64,000 bases of DNA from Candidatus Hermodarchaeota archaeon (GCA_048885925.1 JBHLLG010000001.1:35105-99104), one strand, 5' to 3'; positions 1 to 10,654 are shown, counted from the stretch's first letter. A program made the numbers and translations. Notes: a model not told the origin generated them from the sequence alone.

Positions 1-687
1 TTTTGTAATATAATAATTTAAATTTTTTATATGATTATTTTGCCGCTTAGCATTTAAAACAGTATTAATAATTGACTTTTCTAATTCTAAGCCTGTATTC
101 CAAGGCATTTGAACAATATGTTTCTTGGGATTCATTAAAAAGGCACTTTTTTTTTGGTTTTTGACTAAAGTATAAAAATATGAAACTGTAGGAAAGACAT
201 AGCTACTATATCGAACAATTTTCAAACTTCTTGTGTTTTTATACACATCAGGCATGATTTCATCGAGAACTTTATTTATATAGTCTAAATTGACTTTATC
301 TTTTTCTTCTATAATAAGATATAATGGGTAATTAAATAATTTTGCATGAATTAGCCCAGAAACACACCTGAATCCAAGAATATCAATAAATCTCTGTAAA
401 TTTATTTGATCTAGATCCTCTACATAACTATCTTCTTTATGTGTTCCTTCAGTAGAACTTGAAATCGATAAATCTATCTTTTCATATCCAAGAATTCTTC
501 CCTCTACATCTAAAAATACAACAAATACATGATTTTGACATACGGCACCTTGAGGAACTTGTACTTTTATATGGCCGTATTTCTTTCGAGAAAATAATTG
601 TTCAGGGACACGTATAACCTTTTCTTCACCACACTGTGGACACGCTACATCTATTGATTTATATAGTACTTGCAAAATCAACCCCAT
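1..687 (-). CDS. Hypothetical protein with an N-terminal CPxCG zinc-ribbon-like motif; the 3' end runs off the window (absent from the ORF track)
   Basis: Manual translation from ATG at 687 gives MGLILQVLYKSIDVACPQCGEEKVIRVPEQLF...GAVCQNHVFVVFLDVEGRILGYEKIDL...; the frame is still open at base 1. Confidence 0.8.
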   Translation of the reverse strand, partial: MGLILQVLYKSIDVACPQCGEEKVIRVPEQLFSRKKYGHIKVQVPQGAVCQNHVFVVFLDVEGRILGYEKIDLSISSSTEGTHKEDSYVEDLDQINLQRFIDILGFRCVSGLIHAKLFNYPLYLIIEEKDKVNLDYINKVLDEIMPDVYKNTRSLKIVRYSSYVFPTVSYFYTLVKNQKKSAFLMNPKKHIVQMPWNTGLELEKSIINTVLNAKRQNNHIKNLNYYITK

Positions 688-986
688 TAAAATTAGTAAA
701 TACGAAAAAATGTATGCAACTCATGAAAATATACAAATATAAATTTAACTTAATTATCAATTTTTGTTCTTTTTAGGAGAAATACATTTTAACTTTAATC
801 ATAAATTATTCTAAAAAGAATGAAATATAATAATTCCCATATTATAAAGGAAATATATCGTATCTTCGGTTTTTTGTATAAATCTAATGAAAATCTGTAT
901 ATAAAACATTAATTTAAAAACCTTAAAATTGAAATTGAGATGAAATTTCGAAATAATAAAATCCTTATTTGAGGAGAACTTAACTA

Positions 987-1511
987 TTATCTATTTTCTT
1001 CTTTCTCGTGGTGGAGCATAACAACAATACCCAATATCAAAATTGCCATATCATCTGAAACATCAGGCTGTATTTTCACTCCATATGTCCCTTTAATTTT
1101 AAACAGTTTTTTACTTATCTCAGCAATTTCTTTTCCTTCTTGTAATATTTTGTACTTTAAAGCCCAAATATTCCCTTTCATGGTAAATATTTTCTTTTCA
1201 TTAGGATCTTCGAACCAATAATTTGGTTTAACTGATACTAATTTTCTTTTTAATTTACCAATCAATTTACTATCGTCATCTTCCCCTCCATCATAAAATT
1301 TGTAAGAAGAACGCATTTAAACTATTTTTTCATAAACTGTTATTATCGGATTTTCTTGAAGATCTCTCAAACGATAAATATTTCCAATTTTTATAATCTT
1401 TCCTTGAAAATAACCGAGTTCTTCTCTATTAGGAGTCATTACCTTAACTTTATCTCTAAAAGATACTAATTTTTCTTGTAACAAAAATTCTCTTTGCTTT
1501 TTAAGTTCCAT
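987..1511 (-). pseudogene. LURP-one-related/scramblase (Tubby C-terminal-like) protein interrupted by an in-frame TAA
   Basis: ORFs 1317..1511 and 987..1316 are in the same frame, separated only by TAA (..YEKIV*MRSSY..). Together they give a typical LURP-one pattern (QEKLVSFRDK...MKGNIWALKYKI...EIAEISKKLFKIKGTYGVKI...AILILGIVV). Confidence 0.75.
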
Positions 1512-1627
1512 AAAAATGATAAGCTCTTTTTCTAATTGAAATTTTATTAAATTATTTTAATTCGAGTTTAAAAGTTTAAACAAATGGATAAATATTAAAA
1601 AAAATAAAAAAGTAAAAAAATCGGGAT

Positions 1628-3487
1628 TTATCCTTTAATTGTTTTTCCCTCTTTAAGTTTATCTTTATCTTTTTCTTGAAGTTCACGTCTTTGAACTTTA
1701 CCTGTAGCACTAACTGGCATCTTTCTGACGAATTCAATGTATTTAGGACTTTTCCACTTTGCCATGTTTTCTCTTGCCCATTCTTTTAATTGTTCACTAT
1801 TGATATCACGATCAGCTTTAAATCCCTTTTTAAGTGTAACCCATGCTTTAACGGCCTCTCCAGTCATTTCATCAGGGATTCCTGCAACTGCAACCTCATC
1901 AACAGCCTCGTGATGACCAAGTAACTCTTCTACTTCTTTTGGGAATACAGAATGACCAGAAACCTTTATTAAAGATTTTTTACGATCTCTTATCTCAACC
2001 CAACCATATTCATCCATAAACCCTATATCACCTGTAAGTAACCACCGTTTCCCACTCCAATATTTAAGATTATCTTCTTGTTCTTTTTGTATTCCTAGAT
2101 ATCCTAACATAATATGGGGACCTGCTAGACAAATTTCTCCAGTATTTTCGATTCCAAAACCTCCTCTCTCTTTAGTTCCATCACAAATAGGACCTGCCTC
2201 AAAACTATCAGAAGGAAATATAGCCCAATCTGCACCTGGAATTGGCAATCCTAGTTTTCCATCCTTAGTTGGCCCCCAAAAAGGAGCAATACTATGTACA
2301 GGTGAACTCTCCGTTAAACCATAACCAGCGCGTATTGGGCAAAATACTGACTCAAAAGGCTCTTGTACATAAGAATGTAATGGACCTGCTCCTTGTGTGG
2401 CATATTTTAGTTTCTTCCAAAAATCAAATTTCTTTTTAAATTCATCAATACCCATTTCTTGTACAAAATCTGTAAACCTTTTAAACCACATTTCGACACC
2501 GGTATATATCATTCCTTCTGGAGCATCGATTCTATTTACTGCTTCGCATAAAACATCATCTGAGGGTGGTTTTGGGAAGAGAAGCATAACCATTCCTATT
2601 CCAAGAGCAGCATTCATGACACATGTCATACCAAAACTATGAAAAAAGGGTATAATACCTAAAGTCACCACACCAGCTCCTATACCTGCCCAAGGTTTAA
2701 TCATATGTAGATTAGCACATAAATTAGCATGTGAAAGCATCGCAACTTTAGGTAGTCCAGTTGTACCACCAGTCATGAGATATATAGCAGGATCTGTCCA
2801 TGGATCTATCTCAACTTTAATGTCTTCTGGTTCGGTTTCCTTTATAATCTTATCCATCCAATACACTTTATAATGCTCTGTTTCATTTGGTATTTTGTCT
2901 CTAGCATTTGGAATGCCCAATTTCTCAATAGTGCCCTCATCAGCTGTCAGGAAATCCACAAAATTAGATGGTATTACAAATTTTACCTCCGTTTTTGGAA
3001 GAATGTCTTTAGGACCTGCAATATATAACATATCCATCATAACAAAAACTTTTGCTTTAGTCATAGTTAAAGAATGTAAAAGCTCCATCGGTCTATAGGT
3101 AGGATTGATCCCTTGTGCTATTGCACCAATATATTGACACCCCATATAAGCAACTACAAAATTGATCGAATTTGGTAGATCGATTCCAACAACATCGCCC
3201 TTTCTAATCCCTAGATTTTTATAGAGAAAAGTCCCAAATCTTTTGGCATATTCAAATAAGGTTCTTAGCTTTACACGTTCTATGTAAGGTCCATAGACAA
3301 ATATACATATATCATTATCCCATGTCCCATATAAATCTGCAGATTTCAAAAAATTTTCCCACAATGGTAAAATTTCCACATTTTCAACATCTTTTAATTG
3401 TTTCGGTACACCTTCAGGCCAATAACCTCCAGTAAACCAAACTTTATTTTCATCTACTAAAAATTCTGGATCATTTAAACTCGGCAT
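1628..3487 (-). CDS. Long-chain fatty acid--CoA ligase (AMP-binding family)
   Basis: TGGTTGLPK, GYGLTE, TGD, RKKSLIKVSG and ATGKVQRR motifs are intact. Confidence 0.9.
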   Translation of the reverse strand: MPSLNDPEFLVDENKVWFTGGYWPEGVPKQLKDVENVEILPLWENFLKSADLYGTWDNDICIFVYGPYIERVKLRTLFEYAKRFGTFLYKNLGIRKGDVVGIDLPNSINFVVAYMGCQYIGAIAQGINPTYRPMELLHSLTMTKAKVFVMMDMLYIAGPKDILPKTEVKFVIPSNFVDFLTADEGTIEKLGIPNARDKIPNETEHYKVYWMDKIIKETEPEDIKVEIDPWTDPAIYLMTGGTTGLPKVAMLSHANLCANLHMIKPWAGIGAGVVTLGIIPFFHSFGMTCVMNAALGIGMVMLLFPKPPSDDVLCEAVNRIDAPEGMIYTGVEMWFKRFTDFVQEMGIDEFKKKFDFWKKLKYATQGAGPLHSYVQEPFESVFCPIRAGYGLTESSPVHSIAPFWGPTKDGKLGLPIPGADWAIFPSDSFEAGPICDGTKERGGFGIENTGEICLAGPHIMLGYLGIQKEQEDNLKYWSGKRWLLTGDIGFMDEYGWVEIRDRKKSLIKVSGHSVFPKEVEELLGHHEAVDEVAVAGIPDEMTGEAVKAWVTLKKGFKADRDINSEQLKEWARENMAKWKSPKYIEFVRKMPVSATGKVQRRELQEKDKDKLKEGKTIKG

Positions 3488-3629
3488 AATAATCTCATTT
3501 TTTCTATCTTCTTTAATATCTTTTAGTAAAAAATTTGTTAAAACCTTATTTATTATAATAAGATTGATTTGTTATTATATAATAATTTAACTTGATTTAA
3601 GTATTAATTCATCTCAATATAATTTACAT

Positions 3630-4496
3630 TTGGGTAAAATGGGTTTTAAAGATAAAGTTAAGGAACGATTAAAAGGAGAATTAACCGAGAAAGAATTCTC
3701 ATTGCTCCCTCGAGGTTTTCAAACCTTAGGACAGGTTATGTTGTTAAAACTAAATCCAAAACTTTTTGAAAAGAAAGAGCTTATTGGAAAGATTTGTTTA
3801 GAAATTTTTCCTAATTTTAAATCGATATACATTAATAAAGGTAAAATAACAGGAACTTTTAGAGAACCAGAAAATATTGAATTCATTGCAGGAATAAAAA
3901 ATCCTATTGTAGAACATAAAGAGCATGATGTAATTTATCGATTTGACATAACAAAAATCATGTTTAGTAAAGGAAATGTCAATGAAAGAAAATATCTCAC
4001 CACTCTTATAAAAAAAAGTGAAATTATAGTTGATATGTTTGCTGGGATTGGATATTTTTCATTACCGATTGCTAAACATTCTCCTGCGGCAAAAATATAT
4101 AGTATTGAGCTTAATCCCGAATCTTATAACTTTTTAATTGAAAATATTAAGATAAATCATTTAGAAGATAAAATTGTGCCTATCAATGGTGATTGCAAAG
4201 TTGAAGTTATAAAACTTAGTGAATCTGGGATTAGAGCAAATAGAGTAATCATGGGTATATTTCCAGCGCCAAAAGAATATATTACTGAGGCGTTAACCTT
4301 AGTAAATAATAATGGAACAGTATTTCATTATGAAGGGGTGGTTGAAAAAGATAATTATATTGACTTATTTGAAGAATTTAACGAAATCGCTCTTAATGAA
4401 AGCTATAAATGCGAGTTAAAATCGCATAGATTTGTAAAAAGTTATGGACCAAATTTATATCATGTAGTTTTAGATATTCTAGTTCTAAAAATGTAG
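3630..4496 (+). CDS. Trm5/TYW2 (Taw2-like) class I SAM-dependent tRNA-modifying enzyme
   Basis: FDITKIMFSKGNVNER, VDMFAGIGYFS, IELNP; TTG start. Confidence 0.85.
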   Translation: MGKMGFKDKVKERLKGELTEKEFSLLPRGFQTLGQVMLLKLNPKLFEKKELIGKICLEIFPNFKSIYINKGKITGTFREPENIEFIAGIKNPIVEHKEHDVIYRFDITKIMFSKGNVNERKYLTTLIKKSEIIVDMFAGIGYFSLPIAKHSPAAKIYSIELNPESYNFLIENIKINHLEDKIVPINGDCKVEVIKLSESGIRANRVIMGIFPAPKEYITEALTLVNNNGTVFHYEGVVEKDNYIDLFEEFNEIALNESYKCELKSHRFVKSYGPNLYHVVLDILVLKM

Positions 4497-4595
4497 ATAA
4501 TTTTATTTATAAAATTGAAGAAATATATCTTATAAGGAAGTAAAAAGAGTGTAGCTATTATTATTTAAATTAATAATTTATGAGAGTGAGTTAAA

Positions 4596-5855
4596 TTGAT
4601 AGTTAACGCTGTTATTGGTTTAGATTATAGTCATAATAATATTTTAACATTAGAATCTTCTAGTTTTGGTGAATTTACTCAATTTTTATTCACTTCAGGA
4701 TATAAATTGGGCAAAATTGAAGCTGGTTTTTACTCTTTAGATAACTTAAAAAAATATAACATAATTATCCTTTCTACACCAAAAAATATTAATTTGAACC
4801 CAAAAGAGATAGAAGTTCTTGATAGTTATGTGAAAAACGGTGGTAGCCTTTTAATAATCAGTTCTAGCGGAGGAGATTACTCCAATAATACAAACTTAAA
4901 TGAATTAACACGAAAATTTGGATTTGAATTTGTATTTGATGAGATTTTTGATTCTGTGAACTATGTGAATCTTCAGAGAAGACCAATTTTAACAAAATTT
5001 AAACCTCATGTAATAACTGAACAAATAAAAAAAATTGTATTTTCTAGTTCATGTTCGATTAAAATCTTGGATTTTATCGAAGATGAAAAAAATGTAAAAA
5101 TAGATTGGTTAGTAAAATCAGGTTTAAATAGCTGGCATAAGTATTATAATGGAGAACAATGGATTGAAGACGATAGTCCTAAAATTCCTTTAATGGTTGT
5201 TGTTGATTATTATAAAGGAAAAGTAGTAGGATTTGGTAATCTCAGTATATTTTCATCTTTAGCCCGTGAATATGGTTTTTCTGCTTTAGATAATGATATC
5301 TTAATAGCTAATATTTTAAGTTTTTTAATAGGAAGTCTAGATTCAGAAGGAAAAGCCATAACAGTCGAACTAAATCTGGATTTATATCATTGGGCAGAAC
5401 AAATTGTTAATAAAGAGAAATGGGAAAGTATTTCAGATTTTATTAATGTAAGTTTAAAATATTTCAAAGATAATTATAACGAAATTATTAAAGAAATCCA
5501 ACAATTAAAATCAGAGAAATTGGAGAAGAGAAAAGAATATGAAAAAGCAAAAAAGGAAGAGATAAAAAAAGAAGTAAATAATGATAAGATTCTTGAAAAA
5601 CTTCCTGTTGTTGAACCAAAGAAAGAGGATCTTGTAGATATCATGAGTGCTTTAGAAGAGATTACAGGAGAGAAGTATGAGTTCTCTATAGAGTTAGATG
5701 AGGAAACATCAGAAGAACCTGAGGATAAGTCATTATTAGATTATGATGACGATGATATACTTGAATTTGAAGAAAAATTTCCTAAAAAAGCAATTTGGCA
5801 GGGAAAAGAAACAAAAGCGTTTAAAAGATGGTTAAAAGAAAAAAATAAGGAATAA
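4596..5855 (+). CDS. GIFT (GldG/IFT52-like) domain protein with an RHH-like segment and an acidic C-terminal tail
   Basis: IIILSTP...EIEVLDSYVKNGGSLLIISSSGGD...TNLNELTRKFG, YKGKVVGFG, DNDILIANIL; no signal peptide. Confidence 0.65.
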   Translation: MIVNAVIGLDYSHNNILTLESSSFGEFTQFLFTSGYKLGKIEAGFYSLDNLKKYNIIILSTPKNINLNPKEIEVLDSYVKNGGSLLIISSSGGDYSNNTNLNELTRKFGFEFVFDEIFDSVNYVNLQRRPILTKFKPHVITEQIKKIVFSSSCSIKILDFIEDEKNVKIDWLVKSGLNSWHKYYNGEQWIEDDSPKIPLMVVVDYYKGKVVGFGNLSIFSSLAREYGFSALDNDILIANILSFLIGSLDSEGKAITVELNLDLYHWAEQIVNKEKWESISDFINVSLKYFKDNYNEIIKEIQQLKSEKLEKRKEYEKAKKEEIKKEVNNDKILEKLPVVEPKKEDLVDIMSALEEITGEKYEFSIELDEETSEEPEDKSLLDYDDDDILEFEEKFPKKAIWQGKETKAFKRWLKEKNKE

Positions 5856-5933
5856 TCTTATATTCTTTTATGTTCCCAAAAAAGATATTGAATCTTATAT
5901 ATATTATTCCTTAAGAATAAATTTATTTTAATT

Positions 5934-7340
5934 ATGGAAAGATTTTTATTTGTACTAGGATCCAATTGGCAATTATCTTTAGCAGAATTAGATAATTATT
6001 TAAAATATTCTCAAAATAAGGGAAAGATAATAGATTATTCTGCTAATATAGCAATAGTAGAATTTGAAAAATTGCATTTGAATAAATATTATGTTAATAA
6101 ACTTATGGAAATTCAATTTATTTTAGGTGGATGTCAAAAAATTGCACGAATTCATGATTTTATTGATAACAATACTATCCAAGAAGCATTTCCAGCTGAA
6201 ATTCACCAATTTAAATATGTGAAACGTACGAGAGAGAAGATTTTGAGTATTTTAGATAATGCTCTCGTTGGAGAAGAGAAGATCTTTCCAAATGTTTTTG
6301 AAAGTATGTTTTATGCTGTTTCTATATACCCCAATCTTTATGATGATAAATATTACACTGAAATTTTAGTAAAGCATTTTTTATCATTTTTAAATAAAGA
6401 GATAATGGAATTACTTATGCAAAGGGGAGCAAAAAAAGCATTATATTATCAATATCCTGAAGAAAATATAAAATCAGGATACTTAAATCCAATCTTTCCT
6501 CATCATATAATTACATATGACCTATTAAAAGAAAATAGAGCAGAAATTATCTTTGGTTTTACAGAGGAAGGAGTATACATTGCTAGAACATTCACTACAG
6601 ATGATCCAAATTTTAAGAAGCAAATTGATGAAGAAAGACCATTTAAAGAATTTAAAAGTGCTATTTCACCAAAATTATCACAGATAATGTTAAATTTTTT
6701 AAACTTATTTGAGAATAGAGAGAATAAAAAAATCCTTGATCCATTTGTTGGGAATGGTACTATCATACTATTTGCTCTAGTCCAAGATTTCCAAATTTAT
6801 GCAACTGATATTGATGAAATTAAAGTTCAGAACACAATACGTAACATAAATTGGCTACAAAATTTATTAGAAGAAGAAATACCTCCACTTATAAATAAAA
6901 GAATAATTAAACATGATGCAAGAAATTTATCTCGTATGTTTGAAGATTATTTTTTTGATGGAATTTGCACTGAACCTGATTTAGGTCCTTTTTTCACGGA
7001 AAAACCCTATTATATTCAGGCTAAAGAATTAATAGATACAAAATTAGAGCCATTATACGATGAATTCTTCAGAGAGGCTTATAAAATTCTAAAACCAAAT
7101 AGTAGAATAACATTTATATCTCCGATTATTAGCATAGTAGATGGAAACGATATTCAGGTAAATATTGAGAAATTAGCTTTAAAAAATAAATTGAAAATTG
7201 TTCCATTTTTGGATCTCAATAGAATTGTCAACAAATCTAATCAAAAACTAAAATTTCGTAAACAAAACGTAAAAACGATGATTGATGCGAAAAAGGAGCA
7301 GATTATAAAGAGAAAATTATATATTTTAGAAAAAAAATGA
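5934..7340 (+). CDS. Trm11/TrmG10-like tRNA m2G methyltransferase
   Basis: ISPKLSQIMLN, ILDPFVGNGTI, TDID, DGICTEPDLG. Confidence 0.75.
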   Translation: MERFLFVLGSNWQLSLAELDNYLKYSQNKGKIIDYSANIAIVEFEKLHLNKYYVNKLMEIQFILGGCQKIARIHDFIDNNTIQEAFPAEIHQFKYVKRTREKILSILDNALVGEEKIFPNVFESMFYAVSIYPNLYDDKYYTEILVKHFLSFLNKEIMELLMQRGAKKALYYQYPEENIKSGYLNPIFPHHIITYDLLKENRAEIIFGFTEEGVYIARTFTTDDPNFKKQIDEERPFKEFKSAISPKLSQIMLNFLNLFENRENKKILDPFVGNGTIILFALVQDFQIYATDIDEIKVQNTIRNINWLQNLLEEEIPPLINKRIIKHDARNLSRMFEDYFFDGICTEPDLGPFFTEKPYYIQAKELIDTKLEPLYDEFFREAYKILKPNSRITFISPIISIVDGNDIQVNIEKLALKNKLKIVPFLDLNRIVNKSNQKLKFRKQNVKTMIDAKKEQIIKRKLYILEKK

Positions 7341-7343
7341 AAC

Positions 7344-8021
7344 ATGACGAATTACAAAGAATTATTAGATAAAATTGAAACTCAATTGGAGGGAGAAGCT
7401 CACTTAGACGAATTAGCAAGGGAAAAGCAGGATCCTTTTAAAATTCTAATATCTACAATATTATCAGCAAGAACCAGAGATGCAAATACAAGAATTGCAA
7501 CTGATAGATTATTTTCTAAATATAGAACTCTGAAATCCATTGCTGAAGCAGATGTTGAAGAAATTGAACAACTCATCAAATCTTCGGGATTCTATAAGGT
7601 TAAAGCTTCGCGTATAATAGAAGTATCAAAGCAATTAATTGAAAAATATAATAGTAAAGTTCCCGATCAATATGAAGATTTGGTAAATCTACCAGGTGTT
7701 GGAAGTAAAACTGCAAATTGTGTATTGGTTTATGCTTTTAAAGTGCCAGCAATACCCGTAGATACACATGTGCATAGAATATCGAATAGATTAAGATGGG
7801 TGAAATCGAAAAGTCCACTACAAACAGAAAAAGCATTAAAAGAGAAAATCCCGAAGGAACTTTGGTTACAAATAAATAGGTTATTTGTTACATTCGGACA
7901 ACAAATTTGTTTGCCGATTCGGCCAAAATGTGATACTTGTATAATTGCAGAGACTTGTCCGAAGGACTTTTCTATGGAATTAACAATTAAAAATAAAAAA
8001 AAAAAAGGAAAATTAGCCTAA
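7344..8021 (+). CDS. nth: Endonuclease III (HhH-GPD glycosylase with 4Fe-4S cluster)
   Basis: LPGVGSKTA, VDTHVHRI, C-x6-C-x2-C-x5-C. Confidence 0.95.
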   Translation: MTNYKELLDKIETQLEGEAHLDELAREKQDPFKILISTILSARTRDANTRIATDRLFSKYRTLKSIAEADVEEIEQLIKSSGFYKVKASRIIEVSKQLIEKYNSKVPDQYEDLVNLPGVGSKTANCVLVYAFKVPAIPVDTHVHRISNRLRWVKSKSPLQTEKALKEKIPKELWLQINRLFVTFGQQICLPIRPKCDTCIIAETCPKDFSMELTIKNKKKKGKLA

Positions 8022-8065
8022 TTGCTTTAATAAAATCCTATTTGAATCTTTTTTTCAAAACTATT

Positions 8066-8653
8066 TCAATAAGTAAGTCTATGTTTTCTTTTGTGAATAT
8101 AGAAGATATAACCGAAAAAAAATCCACCTAATAAACCAAATATATGAGCCCAATAATTAATACCGGGCATAAATGATGTAATTATAAAAAAAGCTAAATA
8201 AAATAGCGAAAAAAGTAAAAGAGGGGGATAATCAGTAGCTATAATTAAAAAGGCTACTCCAATTAAGCCAAAAATAGCTCCAGAAGCACCTAAACTAATA
8301 GTGTCTAATGGGAGAAGTAATAATGTAAATAGATTACCAATTAAACCAGATAAAAAATAGATTAGTAAAAATTGTATTTTTGAAATATCATGATTATTTT
8401 CCACTGTAGCTCCAAATAGTAAAAGTGCAATCATATTTGAAAATATATGAATGGGATCAAAATGAATAAAAAGAGATGTAATAAGCCTCCAAATTTCATA
8501 TTTATATATAATATTTCTATTAATTTGCACAAATAAAAAGAAAGCATCATCAGGCAGAATAAAAGTGAACAAAAAAAAACACATTACATTAATAAAGATT
8601 AAAGTTAACGTAACTTTAGCATCTTTTAGATCTTCAATATTTAAAACCATCAT
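8066..8653 (-). CDS. Rhomboid intramembrane serine protease
   Basis: WRLITSLFIH, HIFSNM, GASG, AHIFG; multiple TM helices. Confidence 0.92.
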   Translation of the reverse strand: MMVLNIEDLKDAKVTLTLIFINVMCFFLFTFILPDDAFFLFVQINRNIIYKYEIWRLITSLFIHFDPIHIFSNMIALLLFGATVENNHDISKIQFLLIYFLSGLIGNLFTLLLLPLDTISLGASGAIFGLIGVAFLIIATDYPPLLLFSLFYLAFFIITSFMPGINYWAHIFGLLGGFFFGYIFYIHKRKHRLTY

Positions 8654-8749
8654 ATGAGAAGTTCTTTATTGAAATAATTAATAATTATTATAATAAAGTA
8701 TAATAAGATGTTTTTATATTATTTTGTTAACAAAAAAAGTTGATATAGT

Positions 8750-9973
8750 TTGGACAGAAACGAAAGATTTCAAGAAAAATTAAGATTAAAAAAAAAGAGG
8801 TTAATAGATGCCTTAATTTTAAATGAAATCTTAAAAGATAAACGATTAATAGAAGCTTTTATGGATGTTCCCTTAGAGAAATTTATTCCAGAGAAGCTTA
8901 TAAATTATGTAAAACTATATGAAGATGTACCTAATTTATTTTATTATGATGAGCAGAATCCTCATAATTATAGAACTATTTCTGCCCCCCATATGATAAC
9001 TATAATGCTTCAAGGTCTTAGCTTAAACGAGAATGACGATTTATTAATTTTAGGGGCAAAAAGTGGTTACATTGCTGCTTTAGCGCGTAAGTTAACATCT
9101 AAGGGAGAAATAGTAATAATAGAAGCAAATTCAGACATAGCGAAAATAACGTTGGATAATTTAAAGAATCTAAGATTAGATGAAAATATTTCTATTATTG
9201 TTAAAAATCCTCTTGATGGGATGACAGAATTAAGCCCATGGCAGAAAATTTTGGTAACTGGTGCAATCGAAGAATCAAAAATTCATCCCCTATTACTGCA
9301 ACTTGATGAAAATGGAGGAGTTCTATTTGCTCCTATTGGGCAAGAATATATCCAAATGTATACTCAGATCTTAAGACAAGATAATGAGTTTTTTGGAAAG
9401 AAACAATTACAAGTAAAATTTTCTCCGTTAATTACACAAATTGAACTGAATGAACTAGAATTAATTACTGATATCGATGAGTTAGGGAGTATAGAGATCT
9501 CTAATCAAAATGAAAAATCTTTGAACAATTTTGCAAGAAGAATCAATATAAAATATACTTCAAATATACTTGATGATCTAGGTTCAGAATCACATTTTGA
9601 ATTAGATTCTATAGATAAAAAACAACAAGAATTAGTATTAGCATATTTGATGAGTATTGAACTGCTCTTTAAAAATTTGAAAAAAGAGGAAAATATTAAT
9701 AAGTGTTTTTCAATCGTAGAAAGTATTGAAACTAAACTTGATGATCTAAAAAAATATAAGAAATTATTTCAAATTAAGATAAAAAGAATGCAAAATATAT
9801 TAAATCAAATAAGATCGTATAATATTATAAGGAAAGAATTAGAAAAAAAGAATGTATCGGACACAGAGATTATTGAAAAAAAAATTGAAATAATTAATAA
9901 ACAAATTGAACAGGTAAATATTTTTTTAGATATTCTCAAAGAAGATATAATTCGAGTTAAAAGTTTATATTGA
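8750..9973 (+). CDS. Protein-L-isoaspartate O-methyltransferase-like protein with a long C-terminal helical extension
   Basis: AFMDVPLEKF, TISAPHM, GAKSGYIAAL, ILVTGA, GGVLFAPIG. Confidence 0.75.
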   Translation: MDRNERFQEKLRLKKKRLIDALILNEILKDKRLIEAFMDVPLEKFIPEKLINYVKLYEDVPNLFYYDEQNPHNYRTISAPHMITIMLQGLSLNENDDLLILGAKSGYIAALARKLTSKGEIVIIEANSDIAKITLDNLKNLRLDENISIIVKNPLDGMTELSPWQKILVTGAIEESKIHPLLLQLDENGGVLFAPIGQEYIQMYTQILRQDNEFFGKKQLQVKFSPLITQIELNELELITDIDELGSIEISNQNEKSLNNFARRINIKYTSNILDDLGSESHFELDSIDKKQQELVLAYLMSIELLFKNLKKEENINKCFSIVESIETKLDDLKKYKKLFQIKIKRMQNILNQIRSYNIIRKELEKKNVSDTEIIEKKIEIINKQIEQVNIFLDILKEDIIRVKSLY

Positions 9974-10008
9974 AAACCCTTGATTTTACTTTTGATTTAA
10001 TCTTATTT

Positions 10009-10527
10009 TTAACGATTAAGAAAGCTTAATACAGCTTTCATGAAATCAGGCAAATCGCTCGGCATACGTGATGTAATCAAATTATTGTCTATTACAACTG
10101 GGGAATCCTCAAAAATAGCCCCTGCATTTACCATATCATCTTTTATAGCAAAATAACTTGTTGCCTTTCGATTATCTATGATTTTAGCTGATATTAAAAC
10201 CCATCCAGCATGACAGATAGCTCCAACTAATTTTCCTTTTTCATTAATTTTAGCTACAAAATTCAAGATATCTTTTTCTCTTCTTAGATAATCTGGATTT
10301 TTTGTGCCTCCAGGAATAATAACACCATCATAATCATTAGGGTTTGCTTCTCTTATCAGCTTATCAGGTTTAATAGGATATCCGTGTTTTCCTATTATTT
10401 CTCTCCTGTGTAAACTAATTAGTTCAGTTTCATATCCCGCTTCAATTAATCTAAGTCGGGGATAGTGAAGTTCTAAATCCTCATATCCATCAGTTGCAAC
10501 AATAGCTATTCTTTTCTTCATTTTCAA
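10009..10527 (-). CDS. pfpI: PfpI/DJ-1 family type 1 glutamine amidotransferase-like protein
   Basis: GYEDLEL, IIPGG, AICHA, VVIDNNLITSR. Confidence 0.9.
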   Translation of the reverse strand: MKMKKRIAIVATDGYEDLELHYPRLRLIEAGYETELISLHRREIIGKHGYPIKPDKLIREANPNDYDGVIIPGGTKNPDYLRREKDILNFVAKINEKGKLVGAICHAGWVLISAKIIDNRKATSYFAIKDDMVNAGAIFEDSPVVIDNNLITSRMPSDLPDFMKAVLSFLNR

Positions 10528-10654
10528 ATACCTCCTTAACTTATTTTAATAATCTTTGATAATTTTGAATTTATTAACAGATTCACTTTTATATTAGAGA
10601 GTTTTCCCTTTTTATTTTATAGGTTATAGAATATTTATGAATTTAATAATAGCT

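Noticed and set aside
1317-1319. Selenocysteine or pyrrolysine readthrough at the internal stop of the LURP-one-like gene
   Set aside because: The stop is TAA, not TGA or TAG
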